Source of the DNA: Patescibacteria group bacterium UBA2105
GTDB lineage: Bacteria; Patescibacteriota; Minisyncoccia; Phycocordibacterales; UBA2100
Length of the DNA: 56,635 nt
Assembly (NCBI GenBank): GCA_002331495.1
Contig: DCYR01000003.1
Coordinates: 19,727-76,361 of the forward strand
Reading direction: 5' to 3'
Made by a program: the position numbers and the translations under genes. The notes below the pieces were generated by a model. It ran no database searches. It had not been told where the DNA came from and saw only the letters and a list, made by a program, of their open reading frames with translations. Below are positions 16,338-25,662 of the stretch, in pieces; within the stretch, counting starts at the first letter, position 1, and each line of letters opens with the position of its first letter.

Positions 16338-17473
16338 TTTTTTCTTTCATGCTTATCGGATCCGAACAAAAGACTCTGCGCATATCCAGCATGCGTAAAA
16401 AGTCTATAAAATTCTCTTGGAATACGAAGTAGATGATTTTTTATTGCCTCTGGCATTGTAATTGGGGCACCTATAGGAACCAGTGATCCGACAAAAATAT
16501 CCGATACCGACTTCCAGCTGTATTGCTCTGCATATGCGACACACGTATCAGAATCCCCAGTATCTAACGCATTCTGGATAGCTTTTTCCATATTAGTATT
16601 TAGTGCTCCCAGTTTTTCGTTTCTTATTATTGTATTCGGTCCAGGCGCGGGGTACGCGGCAACGGGTACCCCGGAGGCAAGTGCTTCTAAAAGTACTACC
16701 CCGAACGTGTCTGTTTTGCTTGGAAACACAAACACGTCGGCATCTGCATAGCTCCGAGCAAGCTCGTCTCCCTGCTGGGGTCCGGAGAATTCAACATCTG
16801 GGTATTTACGTTCTAGGGTTCGCAGAATTGGCCCATCCCCGACAACTTTTTTGCTTCCTAAAACCTGTACTTTCAGAAAATCCTCTATGTTTTTCTCCTT
16901 GCTTACGCGCCCAACATAGAGCATGTGGGGTCGCAGTGTTTCCTCCTTCTTCTTCCTAGGCCTAAACAAGTGTGTGTCGACCCCATTTTCACATACCACA
17001 ATCTCGTTCTTGAAACCGTGCCTCTTGAGTTCCTGTTTCGTTTCTTCCGATGGTACCAATACCCTCTCGGCAGGTCGGTGAAAATCTTGTATGTAAAGCA
17101 TCGTGATTCGCTGTGGAACCTTCAAATACACGCGCATGTATTTGTGCCAGTGCGTGTGAAATGAAGTAGTGAAATTAAGGCCGCGTGCCACGCAGTAGTT
17201 GCGCATAGTGAGTCCTAGCGGCCCCTCTGTCATAATGTGAATTGCGACATTCCCGTGCTTCTTGACTAAATTATCGATAGTCTTTCTAAAAAATATGGGA
17301 AGGGCTATTTTTATCTCCCCATACCCAGGCAACGGTACCCCGGGAAATTCTTGTGGATGTACGATTGTATGTCCAACGTCGTTTTTAGCTAATTCAGCGG
17401 CGAGAGATTCCACCACCCGCAGCACTCCCGAAAGATGCGGCCGCCATGCATCTGTCACCATGATGATATGCAT
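16334..17473 (-). CDS. Glycosyltransferase family 4 (GT-B fold)
   Basis: The N-terminus is MHIIMVTDAWRPHLSGV. The C-terminal motif is FVFPSKTDTFGVVLLEALASGVPV (EX7E-type). Confidence 0.8.
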   Translation of the reverse strand: MHIIMVTDAWRPHLSGVLRVVESLAAELAKNDVGHTIVHPQEFPGVPLPGYGEIKIALPIFFRKTIDNLVKKHGNVAIHIMTEGPLGLTMRNYCVARGLNFTTSFHTHWHKYMRVYLKVPQRITMLYIQDFHRPAERVLVPSEETKQELKRHGFKNEIVVCENGVDTHLFRPRKKKEETLRPHMLYVGRVSKEKNIEDFLKVQVLGSKKVVGDGPILRTLERKYPDVEFSGPQQGDELARSYADADVFVFPSKTDTFGVVLLEALASGVPVAAYPAPGPNTIIRNEKLGALNTNMEKAIQNALDTGDSDTCVAYAEQYSWKSVSDIFVGSLVPIGAPITMPEAIKNHLLRIPREFYRLFTHAGYAQSLLFGSDKHERKK

Positions 17474-17530
17474 TCCCTGTATTCTAGAGAAGAATTAAAA
17501 AATCGCCATATTCATCACTCCATATATGAT

Positions 17531-17556
17531 AAAAGCCCGCTTAAAAGCGGGCTTTT
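17531..17556 (-). terminator. Intrinsic terminator (symmetric A/T flanks, so potentially bidirectional)
   Basis: The sequence is AAAAGCCCGC-TTAAAA-GCGGGCTTTT. Confidence 0.75.
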
Positions 17557-17561
17557 ATCTG

Positions 17562-17837
17562 TTACTTTCGGAAGCAGTCGCGACACTTGAGATTGCTGTC
17601 GTCACGTGGCTCAAATGGCAGGCTCGTAATAGCTCCGCCACAGTCAGCGCATGTCCAGTTTCCCTCAAACATCTGACGCTCTCGTCGAGGTCGATCACCT
17701 CGCCGTTTCTTATGACAGTCACGGCACATAAGGGAACCTTCACGTTCCGGATCAGGTTGGAACGGAAGCTCGGTGATCTCGCCACCACAGCCACTGCACT
17801 TCCAGTTGCCCGTGAACATTTGTCGTTCTTCGTTCAT
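17562..17837 (-). CDS. Tandem CxxC...CxxC zinc-ribbon protein (internal duplication)
   Basis: One half reads RQMFTGNWKCSGCGGEITELPFQPD...LMCRDCHKK. The other reads RQMFEGNWTCADCGGAITSLPFEPR...LKCRDCFRK. Confidence 0.6.
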   Translation of the reverse strand: MNEERQMFTGNWKCSGCGGEITELPFQPDPEREGSLMCRDCHKKRRGDRPRRERQMFEGNWTCADCGGAITSLPFEPRDDSNLKCRDCFRK

Positions 17838-17966
17838 TATCTAGATGTTGTTTGTTAGTAGTACGTTCTCCAGTATCGACTTGATTGCTGCATACTATTC
17901 TGCAAACAACGTTAACTCGAAAACCGCCCCGATAGTAACACATATGTTATACTGCTGCATCTATTT

Positions 17967-18707
17967 ATGAATAATGACACTCCGGCCCTAGAGATAAAAG
18001 AATTGCGTAAAACATATGGAAAATCCGTGGCTGTGGACGATATTTCCATTACCTTGCCTCGCGGAAGCTTTTTGGGACTACTTGGACCAAACGGTGCTGG
18101 CAAGACAACGACAATCGGGTGTATTGTTGGCGTGCACAAAATTAATGGGGGCTCAATACAAACCTTTGGTTTTGATGTTGAGAAAGATTACCGCGAATCA
18201 CGCAAGACAGTGGGGATAGCTCCGCAAGAGTTCAATGCCGACTTCTTCGGGAAGGTAGGTAAAATGCTTGATTTTGTAGCCGGATACTATGGTATCCCAC
18301 AAGTACAACGACAGAAGCGTGTTGAGGAACTCCTTGAGCAGTTCAACTTAACGAAGCACAAAGAGAAGGGTTTTAACGAGCTCTCAGGCGGCCTGAAGCG
18401 TCGAGTCATTCTCGCACGTGCTCTAGTGCATGACCCAGAACTTCTTATACTCGACGAGCCCACGGCGGGAGTTGATGTGGAACTACGACACGAACTTTGG
18501 GGCTACCTCAAAAAACTATCTGAGGAGGGGAAAACCATACTCTTAACTTCCCACTATCTCGACGAAGTTGAGTTGCTCGCGAATCGCTTTGCGTTCATCG
18601 ATGAAGGAAAAATAGTTGCAGACGGCCCAAAAGAAAAAATGCTCGCAGGAGGAAAGAAACTCGAAGAAGTATATTTAGAACTAACTGGAAAGAAAAATGC
18701 TGTATGA
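17967..18707 (+). CDS. ABC transporter ATP-binding protein
   Basis: Walker A GPNGAGKTT, signature LSGGLKRR, and Walker B LLILDEPT. Confidence 0.9.
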   Translation: MNNDTPALEIKELRKTYGKSVAVDDISITLPRGSFLGLLGPNGAGKTTTIGCIVGVHKINGGSIQTFGFDVEKDYRESRKTVGIAPQEFNADFFGKVGKMLDFVAGYYGIPQVQRQKRVEELLEQFNLTKHKEKGFNELSGGLKRRVILARALVHDPELLILDEPTAGVDVELRHELWGYLKKLSEEGKTILLTSHYLDEVELLANRFAFIDEGKIVADGPKEKMLAGGKKLEEVYLELTGKKNAV

Positions 18708-19465
18708 ACTTGATAGGACTACAAACCATCATTCGTCGGGAAATGGAGCGCACATTTCGTGTGGCAGTACAGACTATATTTAGTCCGGTTATTTCAGCGA
18801 CTCTCTTTATTTTCGTGTTTGGCTCCATCGTGGGCACACGCATTGATGAAATCGGCGGTGTTTCGTACATTACCTTTGTATTCCCCGGTATTCTCATAAT
18901 GAATGTACTTACGTCTGCGTTCACTCATTCTTCAAGTTCGGTGTATTTTGCGAAATTTGTTCGAAGTATCGAAGAAATGCTTGTGGCTCCGCTCTCGTAT
19001 TTTGAAATTATGCTTGGGTATGTAATCAGTGCTGTGTTCCGGGCACTGATTGTCGGTATTACCATCGTCCTTATCGGCATCTTGTTTGGGGCAGTTGTGA
19101 TGCAAAGTTTTCCCCTCTTCTTCGCCTACATTATAGGAACTGCCGTTGTGTTTTCTCTCTTGGGGATCATCACCGGACTTGTAGCGAAGAGTTTTGAGCA
19201 ACTTAATATTCTTAGTACATTCATTATCCTTCCATTTTCATTCCTGGGAGGCATGTTCTATACCCTTGAAATGCTTCCTGAGGTGGCTCAGACCGTGACA
19301 CTGTTCAATCCGTTTTTTTACTTCGTTGACGGCATACGGTACGCGATGGTTGGCATCAACGACTCAAATTTGCTAATCGGTGCAGCTCTTATATTTGGTC
19401 TTGTTGCTGCCCTAGGTGGCCTGGTGTGGCGTATTTTTTATACTGGCTGGCGGATCCGCGAGTAA
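18704..19465 (+). CDS. ABC-2 type transporter permease
   Basis: It overlaps the ATPase stop by 4 nt and has about 6 hydrophobic segments. Confidence 0.8.
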   Translation: MNLIGLQTIIRREMERTFRVAVQTIFSPVISATLFIFVFGSIVGTRIDEIGGVSYITFVFPGILIMNVLTSAFTHSSSSVYFAKFVRSIEEMLVAPLSYFEIMLGYVISAVFRALIVGITIVLIGILFGAVVMQSFPLFFAYIIGTAVVFSLLGIITGLVAKSFEQLNILSTFIILPFSFLGGMFYTLEMLPEVAQTVTLFNPFFYFVDGIRYAMVGINDSNLLIGAALIFGLVAALGGLVWRIFYTGWRIRE

Positions 19466-19529
19466 CAAACATACGGTACCCACACTACGGATACGGAACT
19501 TCCATCGCGGCTGTAATCCCAAGGTGTTA

Positions 19530-19937
19530 TCATGCTTGCTTCCGTGCATGTTTCGGACATTTACATCCATGTGGTTTTATAAACTCATCAATATATTCTT
19601 TTCCGTAGTCGTAGCCGAGCTCCTCTCCTGCTTCTATATTTCGCAGTGCATAAAAGTTTATTTGCCCCGCTTCAATTTCGGCTTCGACATTCGGCTTGCA
19701 AAAATGGTTCATATAGCGCGCGGCGTTTGAACGTGCCGCGCCGTCGATAGTAGTGTGATCATCGACCTCGAATAAGTATTTTGTGTGTCGTCGCTTATCC
19801 GCTTCCTCGTTTGAAATAAGTTCTCCCGTGTACTCGATAACAAACTCTCCTTTCCTAATTGGCGCAACAGCAAAAAGACCTAGCCCCATTCCCGGAGCTG
19901 ATCGTCTGATTTTGAACTTGTGTTGTGTATTCACCAT
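19530..19937 (-). CDS. SET-domain protein (putative lysine methyltransferase)
   Basis: Motifs are GLGLFAVAPIRKGEFVIEYTGE, ARYMNHFCKPN and GEELGYDYG. The start is taken at MVNTQHKF (19937). The longer track ORF would run into the inverted repeat. Confidence 0.75.
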   Translation of the reverse strand: MVNTQHKFKIRRSAPGMGLGLFAVAPIRKGEFVIEYTGELISNEEADKRRHTKYLFEVDDHTTIDGAARSNAARYMNHFCKPNVEAEIEAGQINFYALRNIEAGEELGYDYGKEYIDEFIKPHGCKCPKHARKQA

Positions 19938-19955
19938 AGAGGCTATATCTATCAT

Positions 19956-20006
19956 TACCCCGGATAGCCAAACTTGTAGCAGAAACAAGTTTGGCTATCC
20001 GGGGTA
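19956..20006. repeat. Perfect 22-bp inverted repeat with a 7-nt loop in a divergent promoter region
   Basis: The arms are TACCCCGGATAGCCAAACTTGT (19956-19977) and ACAAGTTTGGCTATCCGGGGTA (19985-20006). The right arm runs into TATAAT (20005-20010). Confidence 0.85.
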
Positions 20007-20017
20007 TAATAAACAGA

Positions 20018-20272
20018 ATGGATGTTTATACAAGCACCTCCGTTGCACAAGCGAACTCTGTTTGGGGCAATCTCGGCCCTTCGGTCTGGACAGCTATTTT
20101 TTTCGCAATTGCCGTGTTCTTTGCGGTGTATAGCGCCATACTTATATTCCACTGGTTCTCGTTTAGCATGCGTTCGCGTAGAGCTATCATGGCAACCGTT
20201 CTCTACCTGGGCGTAAGTTCTGTATTTATATTTTCGATGCTTGCAAGCATCATCACGCTCACCACTCTCTAG
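20018..20272 (+). CDS. Small membrane protein (84 aa)
   Basis: Internal ATG with two hydrophobic segments. GGGGTATAAT lies 7 nt upstream. Confidence 0.45.
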   Translation: MDVYTSTSVAQANSVWGNLGPSVWTAIFFAIAVFFAVYSAILIFHWFSFSMRSRRAIMATVLYLGVSSVFIFSMLASIITLTTL

Positions 20273-20274
20273 AT

Positions 20275-20844
20275 ATGAAGCAAACTCTTTTACAAAAGAA
20301 CATACACTTACAGACCGAAGAGGCTATTTTGATGGTCGTGCGCAAGCATTGGTTTATACACTTTGTGGACTCATTGAGCATCATAATCATTGGGGTCATT
20401 CCGTTCATAGCGGTCACTTTTATAGCGCCCTTTATTACAGTACACCCTGCACTACCCGCGTTCTTCACCGCCGTTTGGATGCTCACCGTCTGGATGATGC
20501 TTTTTACAGTCTGGACCAATTACTATCTCGACATCTGGATCGTGACCGACAAACGCATCATCAATATCGACCAAATTCACCTCTTCAAGCGTGATGTTTC
20601 AACACTCCGCATCGAGCGCGTGCAAGATATTAAAGTTGAGAAGCACGGGTTTTTTGCAACGATCCTCGACTTTGGGAACCTGCAGGTTCAAACGGCCGGA
20701 CCGGAAGCAAGTTTTTACCTCATTAAAGGTATTCCGAATCCAGCCTACGTTCGCAATGCAATTCTCGAACGTGTCGATATGGCGACCGAGCACAAGAATT
20801 CATTTGAATACAACAAGGAACAACGACCATCTAACGGCGAGTAG
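20275..20844 (+). CDS. Membrane protein with a bacterial PH (bPH_2/YdbT-like) domain
   Basis: It has two TM segments. VTDKRIINIDQ...IERVQDIKVEKHGFFATILDFGNLQVQTAG then follows, typical of bPH_2. Confidence 0.6.
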   Translation: MKQTLLQKNIHLQTEEAILMVVRKHWFIHFVDSLSIIIIGVIPFIAVTFIAPFITVHPALPAFFTAVWMLTVWMMLFTVWTNYYLDIWIVTDKRIINIDQIHLFKRDVSTLRIERVQDIKVEKHGFFATILDFGNLQVQTAGPEASFYLIKGIPNPAYVRNAILERVDMATEHKNSFEYNKEQRPSNGE

Positions 20845-20883
20845 TCCCAAGACAGTCGCGGGGTTTTTTGCTACCATTCTCGA

Positions 20884-22131
20884 ATGAGCAAAATCTCTAC
20901 CGACAGTTACAAGGGCGTTCGTGACTTCTATCCTCGTGACAAGTTTGTCCACGACTACATTGTTAATACTCTTTCTCAAACGTGCGAGAGCTTCGGGTAT
21001 GAAGCATACGATGCCTCAATTCTTGACCCCGCCGAGCTGTATCGCACGAAGACAAACGACGAGATAGTTAATGACCAAACCTACACGTTTGAAGACCGTG
21101 GTGGCCGCGAAGTAACCCTGCGCCCTGAGATGACACCAACCGTTGCGCGTATGGTCGCGGCCCGGTCACGCGAACTCGGATTCCCGCTTCGGTGGTACTC
21201 GATGCCGAACTGTTTCCGCTACGAGCGTGCACAACGTGGTCGCCTTCGCGAATTCTGGCAGCTGAATGCCGACATCTTTGGAGTTGCAGGAATCGATGCC
21301 GACGTAGAAATCATCGCACTTGCCCACCGCCTGATGACCGCGTTTGGAGCTAAGGAGTCCCACTTTGAAATTCGGATTAACGACCGCAGGGTTTTTGAGC
21401 AGATATTCGATGAGGTGGGCATCGACACAGGTACGCGCAAGAGCATCATGTCGTTGCTCGACCGGCGAGCAAAAATAGATACCTTCGATAGTGAGCTTGG
21501 GGAACTTGCCGGAGACAAGGCTAAGAAGCTAACCCAACTGCTCGATAGTGCCGCAACAAACCCCCTGCTCGAAGACCTCCGCTCTCGCCTGGCAACACGT
21601 GGCATTACCAATGTTGTGATCGACACATCAATTGTCCGAGGCTTTGACTATTACACTGGTATGGTGTTTGAAGTATTCGACACCGCGAAGGAAAACGCTC
21701 GTTCAATATCAGGAGGCGGCCGTTACGACCATCTGCTGGAAATGTTTGGGGTGGACTCTATTCCAACAGTTGGTTTTGCCACAGGAGACGTTACGATGCG
21801 AGATTTTCTCGAAGCACACAATTTGCTGCCTGAGTATGTATCTCCTACTGACCTCATGATCTGTGTACTAGATAAAGACACCACTTCATTCGCCAATGAA
21901 GTAGCTCAGAAACTACGAGACCAAGACATTAACGTCGCTGTTAATTATTCATACAAAAAAGCGGGCGACCAGATCAAGCTTGCCGACAAAAAGAACATTC
22001 CATTCGTTGCATGTGTGGGGGCTCAAGAAATAGAAAGCGGTAAACTTGCCGTAAAGCACCTCGCGAGCCGTGAAGAAAAGGAGTTATCGGTCGACGAAAT
22101 TGCAGATCACATTTTCACCCACGAACTCTAG
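20884..22131 (+). CDS. hisS: Histidine--tRNA ligase
   Basis: Motifs are GVRDFYP, LRPEMT, YERAQRGRLREFWQ and GGGRYD. Confidence 0.9.
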   Translation: MSKISTDSYKGVRDFYPRDKFVHDYIVNTLSQTCESFGYEAYDASILDPAELYRTKTNDEIVNDQTYTFEDRGGREVTLRPEMTPTVARMVAARSRELGFPLRWYSMPNCFRYERAQRGRLREFWQLNADIFGVAGIDADVEIIALAHRLMTAFGAKESHFEIRINDRRVFEQIFDEVGIDTGTRKSIMSLLDRRAKIDTFDSELGELAGDKAKKLTQLLDSAATNPLLEDLRSRLATRGITNVVIDTSIVRGFDYYTGMVFEVFDTAKENARSISGGGRYDHLLEMFGVDSIPTVGFATGDVTMRDFLEAHNLLPEYVSPTDLMICVLDKDTTSFANEVAQKLRDQDINVAVNYSYKKAGDQIKLADKKNIPFVACVGAQEIESGKLAVKHLASREEKELSVDEIADHIFTHEL

Positions 22132-22155
22132 TGAGTCTGTGGTACAATCCCGCCA

Positions 22156-22731
22156 ATGCGAAAAATAGTCTTTGACATCGAGACCAGTAACCAATTCTCC
22201 GATGTTGGCTCAAGCGACCCTGCCGCGCTTGATATATCTGTTGTGTGTCTGCACGACTCCAAAACCGATGAATACACATCCTTTTTACAGGAAGATTTTG
22301 GAGAACTTTGGAAAGTCATAGAAAAAGCCGACATGCTCATTGGCTTTAACTCCAACCATTTCGATATCCCTCTCTTAAATAAGTACTACCCGGGTGACCT
22401 CACACACATCAAAAGCCTCGACCTACTCAAAGAAGTTTCCGAATCTCTTGGCCGTCGCATTAAGCTCGATATCATTGCTGAAGCTACACTTGGTGAGAAA
22501 AAAAGCGGCCACGGCTTACAAGCGCTTCAGTGGTGGCGCAACGGCGAGCGGCAGAAAGTTATCGACTACTGTATCCAAGATGTAAAAGTAACGAAGAAAG
22601 TCTACGACTACGCAATGAAACACGGCAAGGTGAAATACAAAGACCTGGGAAAAGTGAAGGATATTCCCCTAAACACCACCCGTTGGGAGGAAAAGGAAGA
22701 TGCGGCACTCACCCACACCCTCCCCTTTTAG
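22156..22731 (+). CDS. RNase H-like / DEDD-type 3'-5' exonuclease domain protein
   Basis: Motifs are VFDIETSN, LIGFNSNHFDIPLL and YCIQDVKVT (ExoI/II/III-like acidic motifs). Confidence 0.6.
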   Translation: MRKIVFDIETSNQFSDVGSSDPAALDISVVCLHDSKTDEYTSFLQEDFGELWKVIEKADMLIGFNSNHFDIPLLNKYYPGDLTHIKSLDLLKEVSESLGRRIKLDIIAEATLGEKKSGHGLQALQWWRNGERQKVIDYCIQDVKVTKKVYDYAMKHGKVKYKDLGKVKDIPLNTTRWEEKEDAALTHTLPF

Positions 22732-23543
22732 ACGATAATAAAAATACTAAGTGCAAGTAATAGCCGATATGCTATGAACACATGCAATGTGTTATTCTGC
22801 AAGAATTTCAAAAGAAAGTGAATTACAAGTATGGCAACCGTGAAGGCACTGGCGGCTCCAGCCAGCACTGCCAGGCTCAGCCCATCCACTCCCAGTTCAA
22901 GAGCCTGCCTAGTACCCGCACCAAGCAGCACCGGCACACCCAGAAGAAATCCAAATTTGGCAGCCTGCGCACGGTCCATGCCAAAGAGCATCCCCCCTGA
23001 GATAGTCATGCCAGAGCGGCTCATGCCTGGTATCAGTGCAAGCGACTGAAACATTCCTATCATTAGTCCTCGCTTCCAGCCATGGCCCAATGAAATAATT
23101 TGTCTGTCTTTTTTTACTGCATACTCAGCGAGCAGCATAACAAGCGACCCCGCAATAAGAGTTCCGGCGACGAGTGCGGGGTTACGAAACACCGTTGCCA
23201 TTATATCCTCTAATAATAATCCCAATATAACCGCCGGGATGGTACCCACGGCAAGCGCAACAACAGTCTGGTCATGTATGTCCAGAGGATCTTTTGATAC
23301 AAGCTTGCTTGGTAGACGGAGCGTTGTCTCCATAAGCATCCGTACATCACGCCAAAAATAAATAACGATCGCCGACGCAGTGGCAAAATGCAATAGTGCA
23401 TCAAAAGTTAGATCAGTTTCGCCGACTACGCCCAGTACTTCTCGGGCCAAAATTAAATGTCCCGATGAAGAGATCGGAAGGAATTCGGTGAGTCCTTGAA
23501 CTACACCGAGAATACTATTCGTAAATACTGCTGTTTCGAGCAT
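22728..23543 (-). CDS. uppP: Undecaprenyl-diphosphate phosphatase
   Basis: GLTEFLPISSSGHL and multiple TM segments. Confidence 0.9.
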   Translation of the reverse strand: MLETAVFTNSILGVVQGLTEFLPISSSGHLILAREVLGVVGETDLTFDALLHFATASAIVIYFWRDVRMLMETTLRLPSKLVSKDPLDIHDQTVVALAVGTIPAVILGLLLEDIMATVFRNPALVAGTLIAGSLVMLLAEYAVKKDRQIISLGHGWKRGLMIGMFQSLALIPGMSRSGMTISGGMLFGMDRAQAAKFGFLLGVPVLLGAGTRQALELGVDGLSLAVLAGAASAFTVAILVIHFLLKFLQNNTLHVFIAYRLLLALSIFIIV

Positions 23544-23564
23544 ACGTGGTTCAATCGTACAACA

Positions 23565-24401
23565 CTACTCTATCAACCCCAAGCGATACATGTCCATTGA
23601 GTCTTCGCCTTCAAACATGTCCCCCGGGTTGGGCAAATAAATACGTCTGCGCGTTATTTCTTCGGTTGCCTCGTTTAGTAGCTTATGAAAAATGCGAAAC
23701 TCTTCCCTGCATTCATCAAAATGTATAACATGTCGCCTCATTTGCGAAGCACCGTTGGTGTTGCGCGTTTTTTTGCATTCATTAAAAATACATCGCTTCA
23801 CATCCATATTAAATGTTGCCTTCACTGTGTAGTAGTTAAAAATAGCCTGTAGTATAAATTGCGTTTTATAGCCCCCCTTTGGCGTAAATGATGCGACAAA
23901 CTTATGGTCAACGATATCGACACAACCTGGGTTCCCTTTTGACACCACAACCAGGTCTGAGATTGCCTTGATGGGTAACGGGAGTCCCTCTACATATGCA
24001 TACCCCTTTTCCTCAACGCCAAGAACCTCATATCGTGGCGCACGCCTCAAATAAAACCCGACCGCTTGTTTGTATTCTTTCTCCATTGCTGCGCGCTTTT
24101 TCTTCTGTGCCGCGTGTGTTCTGTTCACGCCAAAGTTGATCTCGAAGTCAGGAACATCTCTCAAGTACTCAAGCCCCAGCTCTACCGATTCTTCTTTCGA
24201 GGCTCCTTCGTAAAAGTGCTGCAGCGCGACGTGTGCAGCCCGACCGACAATCCCCGCAGGCGAACTTGGTGTATCATAGATTTTCTCAACATAGCGCTTA
24301 TACCACGCAAGTGGATTGCGCAAAAACGCCATTAGTGATGTGTGGCTCCAGTAGTCAATTGGTGGCTTTTTGCCACCTGCTCTCCCCTTGGTACGTGTCA
24401 T
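23565..24401 (-). CDS. PD-(D/E)XK (RecB/Cas4-like) nuclease family protein
   Basis: It has YWSHTSLMAFLRNPLAWYKRYV at the N-terminus and a DIVDHKF core. Confidence 0.55.
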   Translation of the reverse strand: MTRTKGRAGGKKPPIDYWSHTSLMAFLRNPLAWYKRYVEKIYDTPSSPAGIVGRAAHVALQHFYEGASKEESVELGLEYLRDVPDFEINFGVNRTHAAQKKKRAAMEKEYKQAVGFYLRRAPRYEVLGVEEKGYAYVEGLPLPIKAISDLVVVSKGNPGCVDIVDHKFVASFTPKGGYKTQFILQAIFNYYTVKATFNMDVKRCIFNECKKTRNTNGASQMRRHVIHFDECREEFRIFHKLLNEATEEITRRRIYLPNPGDMFEGEDSMDMYRLGLIE

Positions 24402-24417
24402 GCACGTTAAGTATACC

Positions 24418-25557
24418 CTACGAGGATGCTACAGCTCTTGAAACGGCCTCAACGATACCTCCGTCAAAAGGCCCTGGGATTATCTTCTCAGCAGTGGGTT
24501 CAGCTACTATAGCAGCGAGCGCCTCAGCCGCTTTGAGCTTCATGTCGTCAGCAATTTGCGACACTCCCGCTTCCAGCGCACCTTTGAAAATTCCGGGAAA
24601 TGCCAGCGAGTTATTTATCTGATTTGGGTAGTCTGAGCGTCCCGTTGCGATCACTGCTGCCCCTGCCTCTTTCGCTGTTTCTGGGTCGATCTCAGGGACT
24701 GGGTTAGCAAGAGCAAAAACGATAGAGTCTTTATTCATCAGCGCCATCATCTCTCTTGTTAAAATATTTGGAGCAGATACTCCGATAAACACATCCTTTC
24801 CCACCACTGCTTCTTCAAGACCTCCACATATCTCGCTAATTGCACAGCACTCGAGTATCTTTTCCTGGGATACATCAAGGTCAGTGCGGCACTTGGACAC
24901 AATACCTCCACTATCAACAATAGTAACGCGGGGAAATCCGGCTCGTTGCAACAGTTGGACGGTGGCAATGCCAGCTGCCCCTGACCCTGCTACTACGATT
25001 TTGGTGTTTTCTTTTTTTCGTCCTGTTACCTTGAGTGCGTTAAGCAACCCAGCCAACACCACTATCGCCGTACCGTGCTGATCATCGTGAAATACTGGTA
25101 TATCGAGTGCAGCTCGTAGACGAGCCTCTATCTCAAAGCACCGTGGAGCGGAAATGTCTTCAAGATTAATGCCCCCAAATGTCGGGGCTATGCGTATTAT
25201 TGTGTTTACAATCTCATCGACATCCTGCGTTCCCAACGCGATTGGAAACGCTTCGACGTTCGCGAACGTCTTGAAAAGCGCACACTTTCCTTCCATGACC
25301 GGCAGTGCAGCCTCTGGACCAACATTTCCCAACCCGAGTACCGCCGATCCGTCTGTAACTACAGCTACCATCCGCTTCGTTGCTGTGAGATCGCGGGCGC
25401 GATCGTGGTCTCGTGCTATCTCTTCGGAAACTGCTGCAACACCCGGAGTGTATACAACCGAGAGTTCTTCCTTATTCGTGACCGGGAAGGTACTTTCGAT
25501 ACGAATCTTTCCACCTCTTTCTTTGTGTCGCTCAAGTGCCTCTTTTCGATAGTCCAT
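24418..25557 (-). CDS. maeB: NAD(P)-dependent malic enzyme
   Basis: Motifs are VYTPGVAAVS, VVTDGSAVLGLGNVGP, FGGINLEDISAPRCF and VVAGSGAAG. The start is taken at MDYRKEAL. An alternative start lies at 25575. Confidence 0.85.
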   Translation of the reverse strand: MDYRKEALERHKERGGKIRIESTFPVTNKEELSVVYTPGVAAVSEEIARDHDRARDLTATKRMVAVVTDGSAVLGLGNVGPEAALPVMEGKCALFKTFANVEAFPIALGTQDVDEIVNTIIRIAPTFGGINLEDISAPRCFEIEARLRAALDIPVFHDDQHGTAIVVLAGLLNALKVTGRKKENTKIVVAGSGAAGIATVQLLQRAGFPRVTIVDSGGIVSKCRTDLDVSQEKILECCAISEICGGLEEAVVGKDVFIGVSAPNILTREMMALMNKDSIVFALANPVPEIDPETAKEAGAAVIATGRSDYPNQINNSLAFPGIFKGALEAGVSQIADDMKLKAAEALAAIVAEPTAEKIIPGPFDGGIVEAVSRAVASS

Positions 25558-25662
25558 GACGAAAAAGTATAGCATACGACCTGTGTATTACGGGCTTTAC
25601 ACATGAAGTAATGAGATATAGAGCCGCCCGATGCTTAAACCGTTAAGGAGGACACTATAACT

